From: an uncultured bacterium | GTDB lineage: Bacteria > Omnitrophota > Omnitrophia > Omnitrophales > Abzuiibacteriaceae | Reading direction: 5' to 3' | NCBI GenBank assembly: GCA_964387845.1 | Contig: CAYLXA010000006.1 | Coordinates: 64,001 to 128,000, forward strand | Length of the DNA stretch: 64,000 nt | In this document: positions 1 to 9,082 of the stretch, piece by piece | Position numbering within the stretch: position 1 is the first letter of the stretch | How the letters are laid out: every line of letters starts with the position of its first letter | Notes under the pieces: generated by a model | The model's input: only the letters and a program-made list of their open reading frames with translations | Told to the model about the DNA's origin: nothing | Databases searched by the model: none | Position numbers and translations under genes: made by a program

Positions 1-106
1 GGGAAGCAGAATCAGGCTCAGACGGCAAGGTTTTCGATCGATAAACTTGGCTTTAAGAATCGCCGGGCTCAGGCCGATAATTTAAGCACCAAAAAAGGGG
101 AGAGCC

Positions 107-1552
107 ATGAATTTCAAACACAAAAGCCAAGCTACCATTGCCGTTATTAGCATTGTTTCGCTGCTTATTCCTCATATCGCTTACGCAGTCGGTTCCTCCG
201 GATTCGAAAACGCTTCTTACAGCGCCCGCTCGCTGGGACAGTCTAATGCGGTAGTGGCGCGTCCGCAGGATCCGGATACGGTTGTTTTTAATCCTGCAGG
301 CATTCCCGACTTACCAGGTGTTCAGATTGGCGGCAATTTGGAAGCAATTCATGTTGTAACCTGGCATAAAAGCTCTGTTTCTCATAACACCGCAACAAGC
401 ACAAGTCCTTTGGCCCTTGTCCCCACAGGTTACGCAACTTATAACTTAGGCGAGCGTTTTGATAACCGTGTCGGCGTCGGCTTGGGCTTTAATTTTCCAT
501 TTGGCGTCAGCAACCGTTATCCGTCGCATTCTGAAATGGCGCGTTATGCTGGATATAAAAACAGTATCAAGTTAGGTGCGCTTACGATGGCAAGCGGCGT
601 CAAATTACATGAGAAATTCAGTATTGGCGGCGGCGCTGTATATTATAAAGTGTTTCAATATGATCAATCGTTTAACTACCCCAATGGGGCAGTGATGACT
701 CCTGCGACACCCGGCGCATTCCATGATGGGAAAGTCCAAACTTATCAACAAGGTGACGCATGGGGGTGGAATGCCGGTGCGCTTCTAAAACCAACGGAAC
801 AGCACCAGATCGGCGTGTCTTATCGAAGTCAAGTGACTATACCTACCAACGGGCGGGCTGTTGTCACTGGATTAGAAGGAATCCCCGGAGTTGGTTCGGC
901 GTGTACTTTACAAGGGTTTGACACCTGTCCTTACTGGGAAAGCGGAATTCATTCAGATATCCCGCTTCCGCAAAATATTACAGTCGGGTATGCTTATATT
1001 CCCTCAGAAAAATGGTCTGCCGAAATTGATTTGGGTTGGACGGGTTGGAGCGTTTTTGCTGATCAAGATGTTTCTGTGGATCGTCCTAATGCAGTTACGC
1101 AATCGCTTGGCAGAGTTCCAAGAAATTACCACAATACTTGGAGCGTCAACGCGGGCGGTCATTATAAAATGAACGAGAAAATAGATCTCCTTGGCGGCAT
1201 GTGGCTTTATTCGGCGGCTTCGCCAACTGAAAACTTTGATGCAGTTATTCCAGATTCCAATCGGCTTGGGTTATCGAGCGGGTTTACTTATTCACTGACA
1301 AAAAGCTTGGACATTACGACCATAGGGTTTGTGTCATTCTTTGAAAGGCGAAGCATATCTAACCGAGAATATTTTGCAAAGAATCGCGTCAGTCTTGATG
1401 GTGAGTACACCAGCATTTCTTATGGTTTAATGAGCGGTTTGACTTACCGGTTCGGTGAGGGCGCGGTAAAAGCTACGAATGAGCCGAAAGTGGCGAGTAC
1501 GCCGAAATTGGCGAGTTCTGCTATTGTGAGCCAGGCGGGGAACCTGGCTTAA
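107..1552 (+). CDS. Outer-membrane beta-barrel transporter, FadL/TodX (OMPP1) family (hydrophobic compound / long-chain fatty acid uptake)
   Basis: There is an N-terminal signal peptide (MNFKHKSQATIAVISIVSLLIPHIAYA). The N-terminal region carries an NPAG hatch-like motif (VVFNPAGIPDLPG) typical of FadL-family proteins. The body shows the alternating amphipathic beta-strand pattern of a barrel, and the last barrel strand ends in aromatic TYRF followed by a roughly 33-aa tail. A purine-rich RBS (AAAGGGGAGAG) precedes the ATG at 107. Confidence 0.55.
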   Translation: MNFKHKSQATIAVISIVSLLIPHIAYAVGSSGFENASYSARSLGQSNAVVARPQDPDTVVFNPAGIPDLPGVQIGGNLEAIHVVTWHKSSVSHNTATSTSPLALVPTGYATYNLGERFDNRVGVGLGFNFPFGVSNRYPSHSEMARYAGYKNSIKLGALTMASGVKLHEKFSIGGGAVYYKVFQYDQSFNYPNGAVMTPATPGAFHDGKVQTYQQGDAWGWNAGALLKPTEQHQIGVSYRSQVTIPTNGRAVVTGLEGIPGVGSACTLQGFDTCPYWESGIHSDIPLPQNITVGYAYIPSEKWSAEIDLGWTGWSVFADQDVSVDRPNAVTQSLGRVPRNYHNTWSVNAGGHYKMNEKIDLLGGMWLYSAASPTENFDAVIPDSNRLGLSSGFTYSLTKSLDITTIGFVSFFERRSISNREYFAKNRVSLDGEYTSISYGLMSGLTYRFGEGAVKATNEPKVASTPKLASSAIVSQAGNLA

Positions 1553-1555
1553 AAG

Positions 1556-2359
1556 TCAATCCGTTAAACCCAGATCCAAACAGCGTTTCGAGACAAGCTC
1601 GCAGAATTCTTCAAGATCAAAAGGCTTTGAACCAAAAATCGTTCCCGGCGGGAACGATTTTTTGTCTTCCGGGCTAAGCGGTGTTGCGGACACCACGAAA
1701 ACTTGTTTTGGATTCCAGCCGTCAAGGCCTGCCAGCTTTTGATAGAGTTCATCGGCGCGCATGTGAGGCATTTTCCAGTCCAGCACCACAAAATCGGGCT
1801 CAAAAAATCCGGCCTTTTCGATTCCCTCAAGACCTGTTAAAGCATACTGAGCTTCAAATTTTGCTTTCGAGTAGGATGCCAAAAAATTAGAGACGACTTC
1901 GCAATACTCTGCTTCGTGATCGATGATTAGGATTTTGGCTTTTGGCTTCGTGACGGTTTCGGAAAACTCCGGCTCATAGGCGATGGTTTCCGTGATTTCG
2001 TCAATCACGCGGATTAATTCATCAGTGTCAGGCGGTTTTGAAAGCATGCGGTCAGCCCGAATGTTCCGCAGCTTCGGCTCAAATTGAGGAAGCTTGCCGG
2101 ACAAAATGATGACTTTCAAATTTGGCTGCTGCTCGCGAAGGAGTGAAAGCACCTGAATCCCGTCCAATCTGGGCATCTGAAGATCCAAAATAACCAAATC
2201 CACAACCAAATGCCGCGCCAAGCGAACGGCTTTCTCAGGGTTCGTTTCCGCAATTACGTCGAAGCAGCTTTCTTTCAGAAAGCTTGAAATGGCTTCGTTG
2301 ATGCCGGGATCATCGTCAATGAGGAGAATGAGTTTGCGCTTATGGTCCATGCTTTCCAT
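1556..2359 (-). CDS. Response regulator with two tandem CheY-like receiver domains and no output domain
   Basis: Two receiver (REC) signatures are present. Each has an acidic pocket (LIDDDPG and LIIDHEAEY), a phospho-acceptor context (LVILDLQMP and VVLDWKMP) and a downstream conserved Lys (SKP and GSKP). The gene is convergent with the outer-membrane protein gene. Confidence 0.7.
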   Translation of the reverse strand: MESMDHKRKLILLIDDDPGINEAISSFLKESCFDVIAETNPEKAVRLARHLVVDLVILDLQMPRLDGIQVLSLLREQQPNLKVIILSGKLPQFEPKLRNIRADRMLSKPPDTDELIRVIDEITETIAYEPEFSETVTKPKAKILIIDHEAEYCEVVSNFLASYSKAKFEAQYALTGLEGIEKAGFFEPDFVVLDWKMPHMRADELYQKLAGLDGWNPKQVFVVSATPLSPEDKKSFPPGTIFGSKPFDLEEFCELVSKRCLDLGLTD

Positions 2360-2575
2360 AAAGTTTACCTAAGTCCTTATCCTATAATATCTTAAAGAAT
2401 ATACAAGTATTATTTTCAAGAATTCTGACTTTCAAGATACAATATAGCATCCAAGACGCTCCAAATGGCTCCTTTACTAAGTTTTAGGATAAGTCGATAA
2501 TTATATGCCATGTGTTTATCACTATTAACCATGCCTCACGATAAGCGAGGGTTGTCGCAAACTGTTATCTAACTT

Positions 2576-4150
2576 ATGAGCCCCACAAAAGATAAATCAA
2601 TTCAAATTAAGCTTGAGCGTCCCATCCACGCATCCAAACGCCAGGCCTTTGCCAAATTGCTCCGGATGACCGATTTTCAGAATTTCATGCCGAACGTCAA
2701 AGAAAGTAAGCTCTTAGAACATTCCGGCAACACAGCGCTCATGAAGTGGCATATTGAAATCGAGGGCTTTCCCATCAAGTGGGCGGAGCGCAATACGATC
2801 AACCGGCACAAATTTACGATTCAATTCAAAGCCATTGACGGAGATTTGGCGCTTTTTGAAGGCAAGTGGTCTATCACGGATCACAGCATCGGTTCTCAGA
2901 TCAGTCTCACCGCAAAAATTCAAACCGGAATTCCGTTTCTGGAAAAATTGGTGGGCGGTATTTTGAGGGAAAAAATCATGCGAAATTTTGAAGCGATGCT
3001 GGCATTCTTGGAGTGTGAAATCCGGGAAGATTTTTACCGCGTCAATTTGCCGAAGAAAAATTTAAGCGGCTACGGCCTGATTGGGCATCCCTACAATTAT
3101 CAACACATGCTTCGCTATTTACAGTCGCTTAATCCGGGCATGAAGCTTCCGTCGCGTGAGTTTTTGGGCAAGCTCTTTGACATGACGCCGCCGCACAAGT
3201 CGTGCGATATCCGCCCGATCGAATCAGTGACGGGCCGGAAATCTTACGGTCATTTTATTGTATGCCCGATTATTCCGGAAATGCTCGATGTAAACATTGA
3301 AGCGGTTTTTAGTCGTGTTATTGAAGCAATCCGGGTTGCGGAGAACCATCGCTGCGGCATTGTAACGCTCGGCGGATTTACGTCTATTGCGGGCGAGCGT
3401 TTTGGGAAAGAAATTCCTAAGCTGGTTTCAGTACCGGTCACGACCGGCAACACATTTACGGCTGCCCTTGCGGTGGAGGGTGTCCTGAAGGGCTGCGAGA
3501 CGATGGGGATCGATCTTTCGGTCGCCAAATTAGTTGTCATCGGCGGCAGCGGTGATATCGGAAGTGCCTGCGCGCGCGTGTTAGCCGAAAAGGTCAGGCA
3601 TGTGACGCTTCTTGCACGCAATATCGAACGTCTTCGGGTTGAGCAGGGTTACATTGAACGGCTTGGGAAAGCGACGGTCGATATCGGTTCCGATGTCAAT
3701 ATGTCGATTGCGGATGCGGATATTGTAATTGCAGCAGCCAGCGCAACGCAGTCGTTTATGGATCCGAGCAATTTTAAGTCCGGTTCTGTTATTTGCGACA
3801 TCGGTTACCCAAAGAACATTGCTTATTTAGCAAAAGACCGGCGCGACCTTCTCATTTTTTCCGGCGGGCTTTGCTCGATTCCGTCTGATTTTCATTTAGA
3901 AGCGAAGTTTGACTACGGCTTGCCGACACGGCGCGTTTTGTACGGTTGCTTCGCGGAAGCGATCTTGCTTGATTTGGATAAAAAGTATGAAAGCTTTAGT
4001 TATGGAAAGGGAAATATTACAAAAGAAAAAATGACCGAAATCATGCAGATTGCACGCAGACATGGTTTGGGCCTTGCGCCGTTTTTTTGGGGCGACCGGC
4101 TGCTGGGCGAGCAAGAATTTGAAATGATTCGCGAAAGAGTCAAAAAATAA
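2576..4150 (+). CDS. Fusion protein: N-terminal SRPBCC (polyketide cyclase/dehydrase-like lipid-binding) domain plus C-terminal long-chain acyl-ACP reductase (AAR)-like NAD(P)-binding reductase domain
   Basis: The C-terminal ~350 aa align motif by motif with cyanobacterial aldehyde-forming acyl-ACP reductase as I recall it. Shared motifs are GLIGH, xPEML, LGGFTSI, TTGNT, a (V/A)(I/V)GG(S/T)GDIGSA Rossmann loop, ARNxERL, D(I/G)GYPKN and CFAEA(I/M)LL(D/E). The N-terminal ~160 aa have an SRPBCC/START-like pattern (W-x-I-E...GD-x-A-x-F-x-G-x-W). The ATG at 2576 has no obvious Shine-Dalgarno sequence. Confidence 0.6.
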   Translation: MSPTKDKSIQIKLERPIHASKRQAFAKLLRMTDFQNFMPNVKESKLLEHSGNTALMKWHIEIEGFPIKWAERNTINRHKFTIQFKAIDGDLALFEGKWSITDHSIGSQISLTAKIQTGIPFLEKLVGGILREKIMRNFEAMLAFLECEIREDFYRVNLPKKNLSGYGLIGHPYNYQHMLRYLQSLNPGMKLPSREFLGKLFDMTPPHKSCDIRPIESVTGRKSYGHFIVCPIIPEMLDVNIEAVFSRVIEAIRVAENHRCGIVTLGGFTSIAGERFGKEIPKLVSVPVTTGNTFTAALAVEGVLKGCETMGIDLSVAKLVVIGGSGDIGSACARVLAEKVRHVTLLARNIERLRVEQGYIERLGKATVDIGSDVNMSIADADIVIAAASATQSFMDPSNFKSGSVICDIGYPKNIAYLAKDRRDLLIFSGGLCSIPSDFHLEAKFDYGLPTRRVLYGCFAEAILLDLDKKYESFSYGKGNITKEKMTEIMQIARRHGLGLAPFFWGDRLLGEQEFEMIRERVKK

Positions 4151-4151
4151 C

Positions 4152-6371
4152 ATGACCCCGCCGCTCCTGAGTCCGAGCGTTTACACTTTTAGCTGGTATG
4201 CTGTACCGACCTTAATAGTTGCCGCTGTTATTCTCGCGATCGGTAGTTTTGTCCTGAAGCAAAGTTTTAAATCCCAAACGAATCAATCATTTTTCTTGCT
4301 CTGTGCTGCACTTTTTGTGTGGCTGACCGGTTACAGCTGCATCTATATGCTGGACCAAGAAGACATTGCGCTAACAGCTTACCGCTACTACACATTTCTG
4401 GGTGTCGCTTTTATTGGATTTAGTGTTTATTTATTTTCAGTTCTTTGGCTCCAATTATGGGAGAAACAAAAATATTTTGTCATTTTTTCTTTCATGCTTT
4501 CAGCGTTCTTCTATATCGCTGCCTGGACAACCGACTGGGTTGTGCCGAGCATTGATCAATATTTTTGGGGTTTCTACTCACATTACGGGCCGCTCGGCAT
4601 CGTTTTTTTTGCAACGTTTGTGGCTTTTTTCTTTATCGCCTTTTTTAATTTTATTTACCGGCTCCGCAATCCGATTCCGAGTGTTCAAAAAAGCCAGATC
4701 AAGGCAGTTCTGCTCTCATTTTGCGTTGCCCTAACCGGCGCCTTTGATTTTGTTCCCAAAATGGTCCATGTCTCGCTATACCCGTTTGGATATCTTTCTG
4801 CGCTGCTGTGGATTTTGATCATGGCGTATGCCATTGTGAAGTACAAAGTGATGGATATCCAAACGGTTATTCATAAAACACTGCTGTGGCTTGCAACGTC
4901 TGTGATTTTCTTGGCGCCAATCGCACTCGTGTCTTATGCGGCCTGGGGCTGGCTGAGCCAGCTGTCGGCTGCATGGTTTGCATTAATCACATTTTGCTTT
5001 GTTGTGGCTTTCGTTCCGTACGTCCGTTTTGTGCAGCCTTACATTGATCAATGGTTCGAGCGCCGAAGCTGGAATTTAAACCAAGTGATCAAGCAGTTTA
5101 ATGATGAGCTCATTCATCTAAAAACCATAGAGGACCTTTCCAATCACATTCTACAAACCATTAAAAGAACCATTTACCCCGCAGATTTGGATCTTTTGCT
5201 TTGGGATGAGGGCGGCAAGGAATCCTTAGTATTTACGGGCGATGCGAAGGCGGTCAAGTATGATGCGAGGAAGTTTCACGATTTTTTCCGCTTCTTAGAA
5301 TCATACGATGCCGTCATTCTAGAGGATTATATTGAAATTGATCCGCGCCTTGAAGCTGCCAGGGGGCCGGCGCGCCATTATTTTTCCGCAACCCAAGGAA
5401 TTGTTTGTGTGCCGGTCGTTCTCAATGAAAAGCTGATAGGCGTCATCAATTTACGGCAAAAGGCGAATCTTAAAAATTACTCGCGGGAAGAAATAAGGTT
5501 TCTGTCTGATTTGCGCGGCAGCGCTACGATTGCTATTTCAAATTCACTGCGCCTGATCGCGATGCAGGCAAATCTCAGGCGGTGGAACGAGGAGCTTGAA
5601 AAGCAGGTTGAGGAACGCACCCGAGAGTTGAAAGATGCGCAGGGAAAATTGATTCAAGCGGAAAAATTAGCCACCATCGGAACTTTGGCGGGCGGTGTGG
5701 CGCATGAAATCAACAACCCATTGGCTGCTATTTTGACAAATGCGCAAATGTTACTGTCTGAAAAAATGGACCCTGCGTCTATGGAAAGCCTTCAGTTAAT
5801 TGAAGAAGCGGCGGAAAGATGCCGAATTATAGTGCAAAAGCTCATGAAATACTCCCGAAAATCGCCTCAGGGAGAGTCGTTTGAATCGGTTGATCTCAAT
5901 GAAGCTACCGAACAGACAATCGCTTTGCTGCAGTATCAATTAGAGCAAGACAACGTAAAACTGGTCAAAAAGTTAAATGCAAGAGGAGCCGTGCAGGGAA
6001 ATGCAAACGAATTGTCGCAGGTGCTGACCAATTTAATATTGAATGCGCGTGATGCGCTTCGAAACCGTCCGGATGCCGTTATTGAGGTGCGTACTTTTGA
6101 GAAAGACGGCAAAACCATTGTGGAAGTAGAAGATAACGGAGAGGGGATTCCCAAAGAAATCCTCTCGAAAATTTTTGACCCGTTTTTCACGACGAAAGAT
6201 GTGGGAAAAGGAACAGGTCTCGGGCTTTCAATTGTGCAAGGTATCGTAGAAAAACACAATGCCCAAATCGAAGTGAAGTCGAAAGTTGGATCGGGCACCG
6301 TGATGACCGTTATTTTTTCAAAACAAAACGCAAAATCAAAAAATGCTCAAACCGAACATAGCAACCGCTGA
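4152..6371 (+). CDS. Membrane-bound sensor histidine kinase (N-terminal multi-TM sensor region, GAF-like domain, HisKA, HATPase_c)
   Basis: The N-terminal ~300 aa are very hydrophobic, with 7-8 predicted helices. A GAF-like region follows (VCVPVVLNEKLIGVINLRQ). The H-box reads AHEINNPLAAI and the ATP-lid carries G1/G2 boxes (DNGEGIP...GTGLGLSIV). Confidence 0.8.
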   Translation: MTPPLLSPSVYTFSWYAVPTLIVAAVILAIGSFVLKQSFKSQTNQSFFLLCAALFVWLTGYSCIYMLDQEDIALTAYRYYTFLGVAFIGFSVYLFSVLWLQLWEKQKYFVIFSFMLSAFFYIAAWTTDWVVPSIDQYFWGFYSHYGPLGIVFFATFVAFFFIAFFNFIYRLRNPIPSVQKSQIKAVLLSFCVALTGAFDFVPKMVHVSLYPFGYLSALLWILIMAYAIVKYKVMDIQTVIHKTLLWLATSVIFLAPIALVSYAAWGWLSQLSAAWFALITFCFVVAFVPYVRFVQPYIDQWFERRSWNLNQVIKQFNDELIHLKTIEDLSNHILQTIKRTIYPADLDLLLWDEGGKESLVFTGDAKAVKYDARKFHDFFRFLESYDAVILEDYIEIDPRLEAARGPARHYFSATQGIVCVPVVLNEKLIGVINLRQKANLKNYSREEIRFLSDLRGSATIAISNSLRLIAMQANLRRWNEELEKQVEERTRELKDAQGKLIQAEKLATIGTLAGGVAHEINNPLAAILTNAQMLLSEKMDPASMESLQLIEEAAERCRIIVQKLMKYSRKSPQGESFESVDLNEATEQTIALLQYQLEQDNVKLVKKLNARGAVQGNANELSQVLTNLILNARDALRNRPDAVIEVRTFEKDGKTIVEVEDNGEGIPKEILSKIFDPFFTTKDVGKGTGLGLSIVQGIVEKHNAQIEVKSKVGSGTVMTVIFSKQNAKSKNAQTEHSNR

Positions 6372-6378
6372 TTAAGCC

Positions 6379-8688
6379 ATGATCCATCAAGAAGCTTTGG
6401 GAATTGCGAATGCGTTCATCTGCCTGATGGCAGCCGGGCTTGTGTTTGCCAAAGACCGTTACGGCCGCCTGAACCAGGCGTTTCTGATTTTTTCTTCCAG
6501 CTTAGCGCTTTGGCTGGTGCTGCAGCTTTTTTGGACTTACCACTTAGCAGAAGGTAGTGCGCCGCTCAATTTAGCATGGACGCAAGTCGTTTACATTTTT
6601 TCGCTTGTGATTGCAGCGTCCTTCATTGAGTTTTTGCTGTATTTAATCGATGACGAAGAGTCTTTCGCTTTACCCCGGACTTTAAACGTTTTGATCGGAA
6701 CCGTACCGGCTCTTATTTCGCTGGTTCCGGGTGTTTATGCAACCGTATCCCAACATCCGCTGTTTCAAGTTTTTTATCACCATTGGCCATCCCTATACCC
6801 ATCGACCAACTGGTTTATTGCCAATTTTATGTTTGCACAAGTTTGGATGTTGTTGGCCATTCTGAGGAAGCGCTATGCCATGACAAAGCGCAGGATCGGA
6901 TTTGTGCTGATGGCAACTTTTCTGGGATTTATCGGTATGGTAGTGAATCCGGTTGCGCCTGTTTCACAGTTATTGTTGTGCGTTTTTGTGATTACCATGA
7001 CCTACGCGATTATCAATTATAAGTTGATGGTCATTGAATCGATGGTGCGCAAGCTGACCGTTTTTCTGTTTATGTTTTTGTATGTGTTTATTGTTTTTGG
7101 AAGTGTCTCTTTGGTGCTTCAATCCGGCCTCACGATGGACAATTACGAGCGCTGGTTATGGGCGACCGTATCAAGTGTTTTTTTAATTGTTTTGACGTTT
7201 GATGCGGTCAAGCATTGGATGGCTTATATTACCGACCGCTTTTTGTTTCAAACCAGTTTTGATTATCAAAAACTTCTGCGCGATGCGTCAAAGGGCATGT
7301 CGCGTATCAAGAGCTTTAACCATCTTTGCTCACTCGTGGTTCACTTCATCACAATGCGGATGCTGGTCCGGAATGCCGGCATGCTGACGCGCCATCACGG
7401 GACAGACCGTTTTTATTTAAGCCACCGGCGCGGCTATGAGGCGCCGCCGCTTTTGGAAGCAATTGACGCAAACGACCCGTTTATCCGTTTCCTCGAAAAT
7501 GAGCGCGAGCCGATTGACATTGATCATGTGAATGAATGGCTGCAGGACCGCAACAAAAAGCGCGAGAAAGGCATCCGGCCGAAGCGCGATTATGATTATA
7601 AAGTCATTAAAAACCGGATGGCGATTTTGCGCGCCTCCGCATGTATCCCAAGCTTTTTGGGTGACGAACTGAGAAACGTTTTGATTCTCGGGGAGAAAAA
7701 ATCCGGAGATTATTTCACAGTCAGTGACCTGGACGTGCTTTTTACGCTTGCGCAGGAAGCGGCCATCGCAATTGAAAACGCGCGCCTCTATGATGAAGCG
7801 GTTACAAAATCCGCAGAGTTAACCGGTATCAACAAGCAGTTAGAAATTGCACAATCGAAATTGATTCGCGCACTCAACGAAACCGAAATGACAAACAAGC
7901 GGCTTCAGGATACGCAAGCACAGCTGATTCACGAGCAAAAAATGGCAACGCTCGGGCGCCTGGCATCGTCGGTCGGCCATGAAGTGAACAATCCGCTGAC
8001 GATTTTGTCGATGAATGTAAGCCGCGCGATTTTGAAATACCGCAAAGATCCCAATTTACGCGTTTCGGAAATTTTGGATGTGTTCCAGAAAATGGAGCAG
8101 AACGTCGGGCGCATCAAAGCGGTTGTGAATACGCTCACGGGCCTTCTCAAGAAATCCGAAAAAGGAAAATTTGAACCGCTTTCGCTTAAGTTGATTTTAG
8201 AAGAAACGCTGCCGCTTGTGCAATTCCAGACCTATTTAGATAATTTGACCGGGACGGATGTCGAATTCGATATTCCGGGCAATATCCCGCTGGTTCGAGG
8301 GGATTTGGAGCGCCTTCAGGAGGTTTTCCTTAATTTATTTATCAATGCTTATCACGCCATGGCAGGAAAACGTGACCGACGGATCAAAGTAACGGCCAAG
8401 CAGCATGAATCGAATCCGAACATGGTTCTAATCGAATTTTCCGATAATGGCTGCGGGATGTCGGAAGATGTGATGAATAAAATATTCAATTATGGTTTTA
8501 CCACCAAACCGGTCGGCAAAGGTTCCGGGATGGGGCTTTACATGTGCCGCTATATTATTGAATTGCATGGCGGCGAAATTAAGGTTGTCAGTAAGTCCGG
8601 CGAAGGCACGACATTTGTCATACTTCTGCCGGTCTATGAGGAAGAGTCCGGCATTGTAGGCGAAGAATCGAAGCGAGAGAAGCGCTGA
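6379..8688 (+). CDS. Membrane-bound sensor histidine kinase, paralogue of the preceding gene
   Basis: The architecture matches 4152-6371: an N-terminal polytopic membrane domain, a GAF-like segment, an H-box GHEVNNPLTIL and ATPase boxes (DNGCGMSEDV...GSGMGLYMC). The start lies 8 nt after the upstream kinase stop. Confidence 0.8.
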   Translation: MIHQEALGIANAFICLMAAGLVFAKDRYGRLNQAFLIFSSSLALWLVLQLFWTYHLAEGSAPLNLAWTQVVYIFSLVIAASFIEFLLYLIDDEESFALPRTLNVLIGTVPALISLVPGVYATVSQHPLFQVFYHHWPSLYPSTNWFIANFMFAQVWMLLAILRKRYAMTKRRIGFVLMATFLGFIGMVVNPVAPVSQLLLCVFVITMTYAIINYKLMVIESMVRKLTVFLFMFLYVFIVFGSVSLVLQSGLTMDNYERWLWATVSSVFLIVLTFDAVKHWMAYITDRFLFQTSFDYQKLLRDASKGMSRIKSFNHLCSLVVHFITMRMLVRNAGMLTRHHGTDRFYLSHRRGYEAPPLLEAIDANDPFIRFLENEREPIDIDHVNEWLQDRNKKREKGIRPKRDYDYKVIKNRMAILRASACIPSFLGDELRNVLILGEKKSGDYFTVSDLDVLFTLAQEAAIAIENARLYDEAVTKSAELTGINKQLEIAQSKLIRALNETEMTNKRLQDTQAQLIHEQKMATLGRLASSVGHEVNNPLTILSMNVSRAILKYRKDPNLRVSEILDVFQKMEQNVGRIKAVVNTLTGLLKKSEKGKFEPLSLKLILEETLPLVQFQTYLDNLTGTDVEFDIPGNIPLVRGDLERLQEVFLNLFINAYHAMAGKRDRRIKVTAKQHESNPNMVLIEFSDNGCGMSEDVMNKIFNYGFTTKPVGKGSGMGLYMCRYIIELHGGEIKVVSKSGEGTTFVILLPVYEEESGIVGEESKREKR

Positions 8689-8693
8689 GCGGC

Positions 8694-9080
8694 ATGGATA
8701 AGAGCGATACTCGAAAAATATTGGTTGTGGATGACGAAACTGAAATCGTCGACCAGGTGAAGGAATATTTTGAAAGCGAAGGCTTCGCCGTAATGACTGC
8801 CGAAACCGGCGATGCAGGCATCAAACTGATTACCAAAGAGTTTCCTGATATTCTGATTCTTGATATGAAATTACCCGACATGTCCGGCCTGTTGGTATTG
8901 AAGTACGCCAAAGCCCAGAGTCCAAAGACAAAAGTGATTGTCATGACCGGTTATATCGACCAAGTCATGTTTGACCAAGCGGAGGAGCTTGGCCGCGACG
9001 CATTTTTACAAAAGCCATTTGACCTTGAGCGATTGAAGTTTGAGGTCGATAAATTAGGGACAGTTGAAGAGGAAGAATAA
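8694..9080 (+). CDS. Single-domain CheY-like response regulator
   Basis: REC motifs are present: ILVVDDETEIVD, ILILDMKLPDMSG, VIVMTGY and a Lys in LQKPF. There is no output domain. The ATG follows the kinase stop by 6 nt. Confidence 0.8.
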   Translation: MDKSDTRKILVVDDETEIVDQVKEYFESEGFAVMTAETGDAGIKLITKEFPDILILDMKLPDMSGLLVLKYAKAQSPKTKVIVMTGYIDQVMFDQAEELGRDAFLQKPFDLERLKFEVDKLGTVEEEE

Positions 9081-9082
9081 AG

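Noticed and set aside
891-1172. 93-aa + strand ORF nested in another frame of the FadL-like gene
   Set aside because: It is wholly internal to the outer-membrane protein CDS in a different frame, with no RBS.
2360-2575. Divergent AT-rich intergenic region between the tandem-REC regulator and the SRPBCC-AAR gene, checked for promoters
   Set aside because: Several TATAAT-like hexamers are present (for example CCTATAATAT at ~2388), but none has a convincing -35 partner at 16-18 nt spacing. I did not call a specific promoter.
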